From assembly GCA_964403135.1 (NCBI GenBank), contig CAYOFE010000001.1:1647-65646 (forward strand): a DNA stretch of 64,000 nucleotides. The letters are read 5' to 3'. Origin of the DNA: an uncultured Chromatiaceae bacterium. Its GTDB lineage: Bacteria; Pseudomonadota; Gammaproteobacteria; Steroidobacterales; GCA-2729495. Below the pieces are notes generated by a model. That model was not told the DNA's origin and searched no databases. It saw only the letters and a list, made by a program, of their open reading frames with translations. A program made the position numbers and the translations under genes. Positions within the stretch are counted from its first letter, which is position 1, and each line of letters starts with the position of its first letter. Shown in pieces: positions 52,374-63,946 of the stretch.

Positions 52374-53527
52374 CACACGCACGCAATGCTGTCCGCGGAG
52401 TCCGTCCGGCCGACGGACTTTTTCTCCAGCGCCGTCCGGATCGCCTCGCCCATCCACTTCACGAAATTGTCATGCTGGACGATGCCCTTGGCGTTGAACG
52501 TGAAGTCGAGCCCCTTCAGGTCATCGCGCAGCTTCGCCTGGATGGTGCGGGCGCCGACCAGATTGGTGACGATCAGCACCTTCTTGCCGTTCTTCTGGGC
52601 CGTTTCCACCATCGCTCGCAGCTTCTTCACGTTGGCCTCGCGGATCTCGGTCGGCGCATCGTCTTGCAGCGAAGCGGCGTAGACATCGGCAAAGCCTCCG
52701 TCCTCCTTGACGATCTTGGCCAGGCCGTTGAGCAGCGCCAGGTCTTTTTCGTGGTCTTTCGCGTCGGTCGGGCCATGGGCCGTGATGATGACCACTTCGT
52801 TCTTCGGGTCGGTGCTGATTTCCGTGGCATAGTCGAGCAGGATCTCGGCGATCAGCGGGTCATCGCCCGGCGGCGGCACGAAATACACTTTGGCGTCGGT
52901 CTTCACCCTGGGCACGGTGGCGAACTGCACCTGGTCCCGCTTGCCGAAGATCCACAGCCACTGCCGGTACATCTCGTTGTTCTCGGTCGACACCACCGGC
53001 ACGACGACGATTTCCTTTGCGCCGGCCGCCTGCAGGTCGTCGAGGGCGAGCTGGATGTGATCGGACATCATCATCGCCATGCCCACGCCGAGGGCGGTGG
53101 GCAACACGTCGGCGATCGGCTGCACCTCGTCGCGGAACACCTTGTCACCGCGCTCGCGGAATCCGTGCAGCAGGATCAGCACGCCCTGGTCGGCCTTCAG
53201 TTCCGGCGGGCTGATGTACCACATGTACTCGTGGCCCATCTGCTCCATCGAGAGGTTGATCTGCGCGTCGGTGTAATTCCTGTACAGCGGCACGTTCTGG
53301 CGCAGCTCGCGGATCATTTCCGGGCTCATCTGGTGTTTCATGCCATACAGCCGGCGACCCAGCTCGTCACGGCCGGTGTCATGGTGGGCGTGTTCGCTTT
53401 GTTGCCGATGCTGTGAATGGTCCATCTCCTCGGCGGCGAGCGCCGGGAAGCCGAGGCACCCGGCGCCGGCGGCGAGCAACGCCACGCATGCGGGTGCGCA
53501 CTTCGAACGGCGGTTCCAGTGATTCAT
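52370..53527 (-). CDS. Exported protein with CbiX/SirB-like (class II chelatase) fold and His-rich N-terminus
   Basis: Start moved to ATG 53527 (RBS GGGGAG). Signal peptide ...LGFPALA-AE, then EEMDHSQHRQQSEHAHHD. Two halves with LILLHG and IITAHGP motifs. Fold call is tentative. Confidence 0.45.
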   Translation of the reverse strand: MNHWNRRSKCAPACVALLAAGAGCLGFPALAAEEMDHSQHRQQSEHAHHDTGRDELGRRLYGMKHQMSPEMIRELRQNVPLYRNYTDAQINLSMEQMGHEYMWYISPPELKADQGVLILLHGFRERGDKVFRDEVQPIADVLPTALGVGMAMMMSDHIQLALDDLQAAGAKEIVVVPVVSTENNEMYRQWLWIFGKRDQVQFATVPRVKTDAKVYFVPPPGDDPLIAEILLDYATEISTDPKNEVVIITAHGPTDAKDHEKDLALLNGLAKIVKEDGGFADVYAASLQDDAPTEIREANVKKLRAMVETAQKNGKKVLIVTNLVGARTIQAKLRDDLKGLDFTFNAKGIVQHDNFVKWMGEAIRTALEKKSVGRTDSADSIACVC

Positions 53528-53582
53528 AGCTCCCCTTTCGTCGTTACCAGAATTGCGAATAGTCCAGAGCAGTCGCCGATAA

Positions 53583-54161
53583 TCAGCCCGGCGCAAGGTG
53601 CTCGGCGGTGAACTGTGACGGGTCGCAGCCATCGGGCGCAGCACGCTGAATGGCCGAGAACAGCCGCTCTTCGGTCTGCAGGCTCTCCTCCGTGACCCCG
53701 GCGATACGCACCCAATCCTCATCGCTGAACAGGGCGTCGGTATGCTTGAAGAACGGGTTGCGTCGCGGCGCCATCAGGCCCCGGAAGGCCTCGGCGAACT
53801 GCCGGGCGGCGGGCACGAACGAGCCCAGCGCCGCTGCGCCCATGCGGCGCAGGTCTGCCGCAGCGGCGGCAAATTCGGCCACCAGCGCACGACTCTGGCG
53901 CTGCCGTTCGTTCAAGGTGGCAAGCCGCTCGTGGGCATCCGTCTCGGCCGAAGGGATACGAGCGCTCAAAAGGTCATGAATCAGCTGGTCCTGCGCGTGC
54001 AGCCGGTCCATCGACGCGATCAGGTAATCGGCGCAGGCCTCGAAGAACGGCACCAGCACGGGGTCGTAACCGCCATCGAGCGCAAGACCGGCGTCGAAGG
54101 CCTTCCGCACCTGCATCTGACGGCGGCGTTCGCGGGCGATTTCTGCGCGTGCTGGCAACAT
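53583..54161 (-). CDS. Hypothetical helical protein
   Basis: 192-aa ORF directly upstream of, and co-directional with, the chelatase-fold gene. No family recognised. Confidence 0.4.
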   Translation of the reverse strand: MLPARAEIARERRRQMQVRKAFDAGLALDGGYDPVLVPFFEACADYLIASMDRLHAQDQLIHDLLSARIPSAETDAHERLATLNERQRQSRALVAEFAAAAADLRRMGAAALGSFVPAARQFAEAFRGLMAPRRNPFFKHTDALFSDEDWVRIAGVTEESLQTEERLFSAIQRAAPDGCDPSQFTAEHLAPG

Positions 54162-54292
54162 GTCCTGCGACGAACCGGGAGAGAATATGCGATCTTAGGG
54201 CCAACGCGGGCGGGCGCCTATGCGGCGGAATGCCACAGGCGGGTCCCGGCGGGTGACGTCACCCCCGGCCCGCCGCTACCATCGGCTACCCA

Positions 54293-55668
54293 ATGCAGCC
54301 CGATCGTTGAGATCTCCGGATCACCCGTAGCGCCCTCCTGCTGTCGCTGTCGGTCGCCGCTGGCCTGGCCTGCGCGGAACCGCGGCTGGCTTCGGTCACC
54401 CGCCCGCAGGACGATTTTTTTGCCTACGTGAACGGGGAGTGGGTTGCTCAGACGCAGATCCCGGCCGAGTGGTCGAGCTACGGGTCCATCCAGATCGTGT
54501 CGGAGCGGACCGAGGAGCAGCTGCGAGCATTGATCGCGGACTCGGGCAGAACGCGCAGCGAGATGCGCAAGGCCGCGGATCTTTATGCCAGCTTCATGGA
54601 CGAGGCGCGCATCGAACGGGCAGGCGTTGCACCGATGGCGCGCGAGTTCTCGCGCATCGGGTGCCTCGGCAGTCACGCCGACGTGATCCGTCACTTCGGC
54701 TACGCGCTGCTCGCCGGTACGTCAGCGCCGGTGGATTTCTACGTCGCTGGTCATCCACTCGATCCCGATACGAACATCCTTTACCTGTGGCAATCCGGGC
54801 TCGGCCTGCCCGATCGCGACTACTATCTGCTGCAGACGCCCGAAATGGAGAAGATGCGCGCCGAGTACCGCGCGCACATCGAGCGGCTGGCCGGGCTGGC
54901 CGGCTGGCCCGATGCGGACACGATCGCCGCGACCGTTTTCGGTATCGAGACGCGGCTTGCCGAAGCCCAGTGGAGCAGCACCCAGAACCGCGATCGCGAG
55001 CGCATTGCCGGCAATCGCTACATGCTCGCCGGCGCAGCAGCCTTTGCGCCGGATCTCGACTGGAAAGCCTATCTCGACGCCGCGCAGTTCCATGTGCCCG
55101 GTGAATTCGTCATTGCGCAGGCCGACTATTTCAGGGCGCTCGGCGGTATCGTTCGCGCCGTACCCGTCGCTCAGTGGCAGGCATACCTGCGCTTCAGGCT
55201 GCTCAAGGCATATGCCCCTTACCTGAATGCCGCCATCGTCGGCGAGGATTTCGCATTCGAGGGCACGGCGCGGCGCGGACAGCCGCAGATCAAGGCGCGC
55301 TGGAAGCGCGGCGTGCGACTGGCGAACGAGGCGCTCGGCGAGCTCGTCGGGCAGGCCTACGTGACGCGGGATTTTCCACCCGCCGCCAAGGCGCGCATGG
55401 ATCAGCTGATCGCCAGCCTGCGAGCCGCCTACGGCCAATGGCTGGCCTTACGGGCGAGCAGCGGTTCTTCATTTCCTACGCGCTGGCGTGGCGCAGCAAG
55501 TTCCGCGACGGGCTGCTTCGCGAGATCCTGCTCTCCGACCCGCACCCGCCCGGCGAGTACCGGGTGCGCGGCGTGCTGCAGAACATGCCGGAGTTCTACG
55601 CCGCGTTCGGCGTGAAGGTTGGCGACGGCATGTACCTGTCGCCGGCGGAGCGCGTGAAGATCTGGTAG
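54293..55668 (+). pseudogene. M13-family (PepO/neprilysin-like) metallopeptidase, disrupted
   Basis: In-frame TGA at 54308-54310 after codon 5. The N-domain runs to about 55440, then a frame change joins directly to the extreme C-terminus (GEQRFFISYALAWRSK...VKIW). No HExxH region is present. Confidence 0.75.
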
Positions 55669-55774
55669 CCGTCGCAACGAGTGCCCCGACCTGTGGCGGC
55701 CTGCCGGCCAATGTATCCTTCGCGAGCCGGCTCTTCGGCGGGGTACGGCGGTCGCATAAACGCGCGAGCAGGGC

Positions 55775-55797
55775 CCGACCAGCCTATGGCTGGTCGG
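55775..55797. terminator. Hairpin between convergent genes (no U-tract)
   Basis: Perfect 10-bp stem CCGACCAGCC / GGCTGGTCGG with a 3-nt loop. Confidence 0.3.
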
Positions 55798-55882
55798 CAT
55801 CCCTGCCCGCACCGGTCGAAGGGCCAGTTCCGGCTCGCTCAGGACACATCGCCTGCAGCCGCATCGGCACCCGTGGTGAGGA

Positions 55883-58111
<2,229 letters not shown>

Positions 58112-58134
58112 CTACCTAGAAGGCTGACCAGGGG

Positions 58135-58461
58135 CTAATCGCTGACCTCGATCAGTCCCTTCATTTCCGGGTGCGGCCCGCAGCTGTACGGATAGCTGCC
58201 GGGCTGGTCGAACGTGCGTTCCCAGGATTCGCCGGGGAAGAACCGCTCGGACTCAAACCCACCCGCGCCAAGGAACAGGATCGAGTGGCTGACACGCTTC
58301 TCGTTGTTAGTCCACTTCACGGTGGTGCCCACCTTGATCTTGAGCTCCGCCGGCTCGTACTTGTACTCCGCAATGCTGACCTCAACCGTGTCGGCGCAGA
58401 CCGGCGCTGCCAGCCAGGCCAGCAGCGCCGGTACCGCGATCCATTGCAGCCGAGGGCCCAT
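58135..58461 (-). CDS. Cupredoxin (type 1 blue copper protein, amicyanin-like ligand loop)
   Basis: Start moved to ATG 58461. Signal peptide, VSHS His ligand and YSCGPHPEM loop. Confidence 0.8.
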   Translation of the reverse strand: MGPRLQWIAVPALLAWLAAPVCADTVEVSIAEYKYEPAELKIKVGTTVKWTNNEKRVSHSILFLGAGGFESERFFPGESWERTFDQPGSYPYSCGPHPEMKGLIEVSD

Positions 58462-58475
58462 GGCTTCAGGCCGGC

Positions 58476-59345
58476 CTAGTCGTGGGCCGCCTTGATGTCG
58501 GCGTCGGCACCGATGCCGAGCGTGTAGCCGAGCGACACCTGGTGGAACCGGCCCTGCGTGTAGTCGTCGTGGATCGCGAAGCCGAAGTTGTAGACCTTGC
58601 CCTTGGCCATCGCGATGTCGCCCTCGCCGCCGCCAGCCAGCTTGCGGGTAAAGGTTACCACCCACTCATCGCCCTTCTTCTCGCCCTGGGCATCGACCAG
58701 CGCCTTGCCGCCGTCCATTACGCGCTTGTCGGCGACATAGCCGTCGTGCCTGGCGCCCTTGCTGGTCCACTGGATCAGGTCGTAGAACCTGCCGGCCTTG
58801 ACGTCGCCACCAGCGACGTATTTCGTCTTGTTGGCGTCCTTGGCGTCTGGCATGGTGCGCGCATCGCCGTGGCAGGTCTCCCAGCAGCCCGACAGGTTAG
58901 CGCGCTCGATCTTATTGTCCTCGAACATCACCGAGAGCTTGACCTGGTTGTCCTTGTCCATCTTCTCGGCGCCGCCAGCCGGCTGCTTCCAGGAAAACCG
59001 CAGGTACAGGTTGCCATCGTCCGCGGCTGCCTGCACCTTCACGGGAATGGATCCCGCCTTGCCTTTGATGGGTTTCGGCTCGATCTTCTGGCCGCTGACC
59101 ATCTTCTGGCCCATGTCGGCGGTTTCCTCGTCGTGGCAGGCGGCACAGCTCTCGCCTTTCTTGATACCACGCGCTCCCCCATGCTCGGTTCCGGTCATGA
59201 TCCATTCGATCGGTGAGACACCGGGATAAAGCAACGTGACGGTCCTGCCCTCGATCTTGTTCCAGTCCGGCGAGGCCTGGGCACTGCCCGCGGCAAATAA
59301 GGCCATCAATCCGGCGGTCGAAATGCTGATGAGTTTCTTCTGCAT
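58476..59345 (-). CDS. nirB: Dihaem cytochrome c, NirB (cytochrome c552)-like with EB_dh-type fold
   Basis: Signal peptide and two CxxCH motifs (CAACH, CWETCH). Sits directly after nirT, as nirB does in the nirSTB arrangement of Stutzerimonas stutzeri. Confidence 0.55.
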   Translation of the reverse strand: MQKKLISISTAGLMALFAAGSAQASPDWNKIEGRTVTLLYPGVSPIEWIMTGTEHGGARGIKKGESCAACHDEETADMGQKMVSGQKIEPKPIKGKAGSIPVKVQAAADDGNLYLRFSWKQPAGGAEKMDKDNQVKLSVMFEDNKIERANLSGCWETCHGDARTMPDAKDANKTKYVAGGDVKAGRFYDLIQWTSKGARHDGYVADKRVMDGGKALVDAQGEKKGDEWVVTFTRKLAGGGEGDIAMAKGKVYNFGFAIHDDYTQGRFHQVSLGYTLGIGADADIKAAHD

Positions 59346-59414
59346 GATCGGATCCTCGATCTCTCCAGGTTTGGGCTGAACCGCGGCGCAATTATAGCCG
59401 CGGCCCGGCGCTCG

Positions 59415-60011
59415 TTACGCCTCGTCATCTTCGGTCATGCCATCCGGCTTGTGGTGTGCGATGCCCTTGTGGCAGTCGATGCAGGTGTCGCCATCCTCCA
59501 GGGCCAATTCATGCTGCTTGCGCGCTCGCTGCTTCTGTTTTTCCGGCGCCATGCTCTGCAGGCTGTGGCAATTGCGGCATTCCAGCGAATCGTTGCCTTT
59601 CATGCGGTTCCACTCGCGCCGCGCCAGTTCGATCCGCTTGGCCTGGAACTTCTCGCGCGTATCTACGGTGCCGGTGATCTTGCCCCACAGTTCCCGCGAG
59701 GCCTGCACCTTGCGGATCATCTTCGCCGTCCACTCTTTCGGCACGTGGCAGTCGGTGCACACCGCGCGCACGCCGGTGCGGTTGGTGTAATGGATGGTCT
59801 CCCTGTACTCGGCATAGACGTTGTCCCGCATCTCGTGGCAACTGATGCAGAACCTCTCGGTGTTCGTCGCCTCGACGGCCATGTTGAAACCGCCCCAGAA
59901 AATGACGCCGGTCACCAGGCCCGCCGTCATCATCGTCAGTATCGAGGCTCTCCTGCTGGGCTGGCGCAAGCGACGCCAGAGGCTCTCGCGAGGAGCGGTT
60001 TGATCAGACAT
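59415..60011 (-). CDS. nirT: NapC/NirT-family membrane tetrahaem cytochrome c
   Basis: N-terminal TM anchor and four CxxCH motifs (CISCH, CTDCH, CRNCH, CIDCH). Confidence 0.9.
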   Translation of the reverse strand: MSDQTAPRESLWRRLRQPSRRASILTMMTAGLVTGVIFWGGFNMAVEATNTERFCISCHEMRDNVYAEYRETIHYTNRTGVRAVCTDCHVPKEWTAKMIRKVQASRELWGKITGTVDTREKFQAKRIELARREWNRMKGNDSLECRNCHSLQSMAPEKQKQRARKQHELALEDGDTCIDCHKGIAHHKPDGMTEDDEA

Positions 60012-60045
60012 TTCGGTTCTCGACCTTGTTCACAGCCTCTGCCCA

Positions 60046-60074
60046 CAAAAGCCCGGGGGCGCGCGGCCCCCGGG
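60046..60074 (-). terminator. Hairpin plus short U-tract downstream of nirS (possible partial terminator)
   Basis: Perfect 9-bp stem CCCGGGGGC / GCCCCCGGG with a 5-nt loop, followed on the minus strand by CTTTTG. Confidence 0.5.
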
Positions 60075-60099
60075 ATTGTTCCTGCTCAACGCATGACAA

Positions 60100-61794
60100 T
60101 CAGTAGATGTCGTTCTGCGTGTTCCAGACATTGAACTTGCCGGTCGGCGTCACGATCCGCGGATCGGTGATCACCTTCTTCAGCTTCATCGTCTTGTCGT
60201 CATAGACCACGATCGCCGACTGGTCGGTCTTGCCGCCCCACAGCGAGATCCAGACCTCGGAACCGTCTTCGCTGTACTCCGGATGCACAGCGCGGCGCAG
60301 CGCCTTGGTCTCCGGAAGCCCGGAGTCCTTCGCCACCTCGATCTTGACCGGCGCCTTCGACAGGTCCGTCAGGTCGAAAACGTACACCGCCTCGGTGTTG
60401 CTCCGCTCCGGGTTCATCGGCAGGTCGGCCCACAGGTGCTTCGACTTCGGGTGCGTCTTGACGAACAGGTTGCCAGCGCCCGGCATCGGCAGCTCCTGCA
60501 CGACCTTCCAGTTGCTGTGCTTGTACTTGGCATTCTTCGCATCGTCCGACGGCGTTGAGATCAGCGACACCACCGCATCACCCAGGTGACCGGTCGCCCA
60601 GACGGGACCGTACTGCGGATGCACGAAGTTGGCGCCACGGCCGGGGTGGGGGATCTTCTTGGTGTCCACCAGGGCGGCAAGCTTGCCGGTCTGGGTGTCC
60701 ACTGCCGCCACCTTGTGCGAGGCGTTCGCCGCCACCAGGAAGTAGCGCTTGGAAGCATCCCATCCGCCGTCGTGCAGGAACTTCGCCGACTCGATGGTGG
60801 TGGTCTTCAGGTTCTTGATGTCGCTGTAGTCCACCAGCAGGATCTGGCCGGTCTCCTTCACGTTGACCACCCATTCCGGCTTGATGTGCGAGGACACGAT
60901 CGAGGCCACGCGCGGTTCCGGGTGATAGTCGCCGTCCACGGTCATGCCGCGGGTGGAGACCACTTTCAGGGGCTTCAGCGTGTCGCCTTCCATGATCGAG
61001 TACTGCGGCGGCCAGTAAGACCCGCCGATCAGGTATTTGTCCTCGTAGCCCCTGAACTTCGAAGTGTCCACCGAGCGCGCATCGGAGCCGAGCTTGATGG
61101 TGGCTACCGTGGTGGGCGTGTCGAACCACAGATCAATCAGCGTGATGAGCCCGTCGCGGCCCACCGTGTAGACATAGCGGCCGGACGCCGACAGGCGCGA
61201 GATGTGGACCGCGTAGCCGGTATCCAGGATCTGCCAGATCTCCTTGGTGTCGCCGTCGATCAGCGCCAGCTTGCCCGAGTCGCGCAGCGTGGTCGCGAAG
61301 ATGTTCTTCAGATTGACCTTGCTCTGCTGCCTGACCGGGCGCTCGGCAACCGGCACCAGCAGCTTCCAGGATGCCTCCATGTCCTTCAAACTGAACTCAG
61401 GCGGTACATCCGGCACGTTCTGGATGTAACGCGCCATGATGTTGATTTCTTCCTTGCTCAGGATGTCGTCGTAATTGACCATTCCGCCTTCGGTGCCGAG
61501 GGCGATGATCTTCTCCAGGCGCGCGGTGCCGAGCTTCAGCGTGCCGCCCTCCTGAACCGAGCCGTCAGGCAGGGTCTTCTTCCACTGCGGCTCCAGGTTC
61601 TTGCCGGTGGCGCCCTTGCGAAGCACGCCATGGCAGCCTGCGCAACGCTCGAAGTAGATCTTCTTGCCGGTCGCTTTTTCAGCCTCGGTCATCGCCGGGA
61701 CGTCCTGGGCCGAGGCGGCGCTGAATGCGCCGACCAGCGCCAGTGGCACGGCCAGTACACCCGCTGCAATCGACAGTGCATTACGCTTTCTCAT
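60100..61794 (-). CDS. nirS: Cytochrome cd1 nitrite reductase
   Basis: Start moved to ATG 61794 (MRKRNALSIAAGVLAVPLALVGAFSAASA). Motifs CAGCH and [11 protein letters not shown]-terminal [16 protein letters not shown]. 564 aa. Confidence 0.95.
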   Translation of the reverse strand: MRKRNALSIAAGVLAVPLALVGAFSAASAQDVPAMTEAEKATGKKIYFERCAGCHGVLRKGATGKNLEPQWKKTLPDGSVQEGGTLKLGTARLEKIIALGTEGGMVNYDDILSKEEINIMARYIQNVPDVPPEFSLKDMEASWKLLVPVAERPVRQQSKVNLKNIFATTLRDSGKLALIDGDTKEIWQILDTGYAVHISRLSASGRYVYTVGRDGLITLIDLWFDTPTTVATIKLGSDARSVDTSKFRGYEDKYLIGGSYWPPQYSIMEGDTLKPLKVVSTRGMTVDGDYHPEPRVASIVSSHIKPEWVVNVKETGQILLVDYSDIKNLKTTTIESAKFLHDGGWDASKRYFLVAANASHKVAAVDTQTGKLAALVDTKKIPHPGRGANFVHPQYGPVWATGHLGDAVVSLISTPSDDAKNAKYKHSNWKVVQELPMPGAGNLFVKTHPKSKHLWADLPMNPERSNTEAVYVFDLTDLSKAPVKIEVAKDSGLPETKALRRAVHPEYSEDGSEVWISLWGGKTDQSAIVVYDDKTMKLKKVITDPRIVTPTGKFNVWNTQNDIY

Positions 61795-61999
61795 GGGTTT
61801 TCTCCCTGAACCAAGAACCCGTGCTTCAGGATCGCCGGGGGGCACGACGGTCCTCGCCAGAACCGCCTGTAGATTGACCAAGCGCCGCACCGCAAGAAAT
61901 AGGTGAATTCCGCAGACCCGTGACGCGTTTTTCACGACCCCGGGGGTCTTGCCTCGAATTTGGCAGAAAACGCTTTTTCCCGCCCGGCTTCGCGGACGC

Positions 62000-63508
62000 T
62001 TATTTGCCCCAACCGCGCAGGTATTCCTCCCAGCGCGCGTCCACGACCTCGAACGCACCGGGTGCGCCCTGGCGTAGCAGGTCGCGGTTCAGCGGCGCCC
62101 AGCTTTTCGGGCCGCCCTCCCCGGGCAGCTGGCGGGTAGCGTCGATGACCATCTTGCTCGACAGGCCCCAGCCCGGGCGGCTGGGGTCGGGCATCATCAT
62201 CTGGGTCTGCGGAATCAGCAGGCTGGCCGACGGCTGCCAGCGCGCACCGAGCGCGTGCAGGACCTGGCTCGGATCGTGAATATTGAGATCCTTGTCCACC
62301 ACGATCACGACCTTGTTCAGTCCGGCATTCGCCGCCAGGTACTGCCCGGCCGCCATGCCCTCGCCAGGGAAGCGCTTGTCGATGCTGATCACGACCACGC
62401 CATTGGCCCCGCGCGGGGTGATGAAACCGGTCAGCGACGGAATCAGCTTCTTATAGAGGAAGAAATTCGCGGCGATCTGCGGCGCACGCGGCATGTCGCA
62501 GGTCAGCCCGGTGAAGGAGTTCAGCACCCACGGGTTGCGCCGGTGCGTAATCGCCTTGATGTTCATAAAGTAGTTGTTCGGTTTCAGCGGCCCGAGGTAA
62601 CCGTACATTTCCCCATACGGCCCCTCGTCCTCGAACTCGTCGAGCGGCACCTCGCCCTCGATCACGAACTCCGCGTGCGCCGGCACGCGGATGTCGCAGG
62701 TTTCGCACTTCACCACCTCGAGCGGCCGCCCGCGCAGGCCGCCGGCGAATTCCAGCTCGTCCTCGAGATAGCCGGCCATCTTGGTGCTGGAAGCGCAAAA
62801 GGTCATCGGATCGGGCCCGACGGCCACCGCGACGCGCGCGAGCTTATCGCCGCGCTCCTGCATTGCCTTGAGAATGCGCCAGCCATGCTGGCCAGGCTCC
62901 GGATTGATGGCCATCTTGCGGGGGCCCTTCACCTGGCAACGATAGGTGCCGGCATTGCTGCCGATCTGCGGGTCCTGGATGAATACCGCGCCCATGTTCA
63001 CGTAGCGGCCCGCATCGGCCGGGTTATTCTTCAGCCAGGCGAAGGACTCGAGATCGATGTCCGAACCGGTCAGCACCACTTCCTTGCACGGTGCTTTGCG
63101 CGGGTCACTCAGTTCCACCGGACCGATGCGCCGCCAATTGCCGCCCGGATCGAGCCGTCTCTGCAGTTCGCCGATGACCGCCTGGTACATGGCCGGCACG
63201 TCATCGGTAATGTCGCTCAACCCGAACAGCACGGCCTCGTCGGCCCAGCGCCCGTAAGCGTTGGCCACCACCGGCCCCGCAATCCACCGGCCGCCGATGC
63301 GGATCCGTTCGATCAGGAACGCGGGTGCCGCTTCGATGCCGAACTTGTCGATCAGCCGATAAGCGAAAGCCGTCGCTTCGTAGCGATCCTGGTCCATGGC
63401 CGGGATGCGCAGCAACCGGCCGCGCCGGTCGAGGGCACTGACGTAATCGCGCACGGAATCGAAGGGTGGCGGGAAGGTGCCCGCCTCGGCGGATCTGACA
63501 GTGCTCAT
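62000..63508 (-). CDS. UbiD-family (prFMN-dependent) decarboxylase
   Basis: About 500 aa with a UbiD-like pattern (NMGAVFIQDP, GTYRCQV, EGPYGEMYGY). Start moved to ATG 63508. Confidence 0.8.
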   Translation of the reverse strand: MSTVRSAEAGTFPPPFDSVRDYVSALDRRGRLLRIPAMDQDRYEATAFAYRLIDKFGIEAAPAFLIERIRIGGRWIAGPVVANAYGRWADEAVLFGLSDITDDVPAMYQAVIGELQRRLDPGGNWRRIGPVELSDPRKAPCKEVVLTGSDIDLESFAWLKNNPADAGRYVNMGAVFIQDPQIGSNAGTYRCQVKGPRKMAINPEPGQHGWRILKAMQERGDKLARVAVAVGPDPMTFCASSTKMAGYLEDELEFAGGLRGRPLEVVKCETCDIRVPAHAEFVIEGEVPLDEFEDEGPYGEMYGYLGPLKPNNYFMNIKAITHRRNPWVLNSFTGLTCDMPRAPQIAANFFLYKKLIPSLTGFITPRGANGVVVISIDKRFPGEGMAAGQYLAANAGLNKVVIVVDKDLNIHDPSQVLHALGARWQPSASLLIPQTQMMMPDPSRPGWGLSSKMVIDATRQLPGEGGPKSWAPLNRDLLRQGAPGAFEVVDARWEEYLRGWGK

Positions 63509-63541
63509 GCGTGCTTCCCCCCGGATCGCCGGCAACGGTCG

Positions 63542-63946
63542 TTATTGCTGTATCGAGCGGATGTAATCCACCAGCTTGTCCACGATGCGGTTAAGTCTGG
63601 CTTCCGCCTGCTGATCGGCGCCCTCGCCGACGAAAAACTGCTGGCCCCATACCGGCATAAACCGCGAGCCGTGTACCGGGATCACCTGCCGGCCATCAAT
63701 GATCTCGCGGATCTTTTGCTCGGGAAACCTGCCGCCGTGGCGCTGATACATGCGTGTGAGATCCGGAATCGTGACCTTGAGCGAAGCAGCCACCGGCCCG
63801 TCGCCGTAACCGTCATCGCCGTGGCAACTGGCGCAGAAGCGCTGGTAGAGCTCCTCGCCACTGTAGTCGCTGAACGATTCGGCCGCCGGTGCAGACGTGC
63901 TGGCAAACAGCGACAAAGCAATGAATCCGAGTGCGGTGCGGCGCAT
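63542..63946 (-). CDS. Monohaem class I cytochrome c (exported)
   Basis: Start moved to ATG 63946. Signal peptide and a single CASCH motif. 134 aa. Confidence 0.75.
   Translation of the reverse strand: MRRTALGFIALSLFASTSAPAAESFSDYSGEELYQRFCASCHGDDGYGDGPVAASLKVTIPDLTRMYQRHGGRFPEQKIREIIDGRQVIPVHGSRFMPVWGQQFFVGEGADQQAEARLNRIVDKLVDYIRSIQQ

Noticed and set aside
61795-61999. FNR/DNR/NnrR box upstream of nirS
   Set aside because: No TTGAT-N4-ATCAA-like site was found. The CGTGA-N8-TCACG palindrome at 61919-61936 has the wrong half-site spacing for the Crp/Fnr family.
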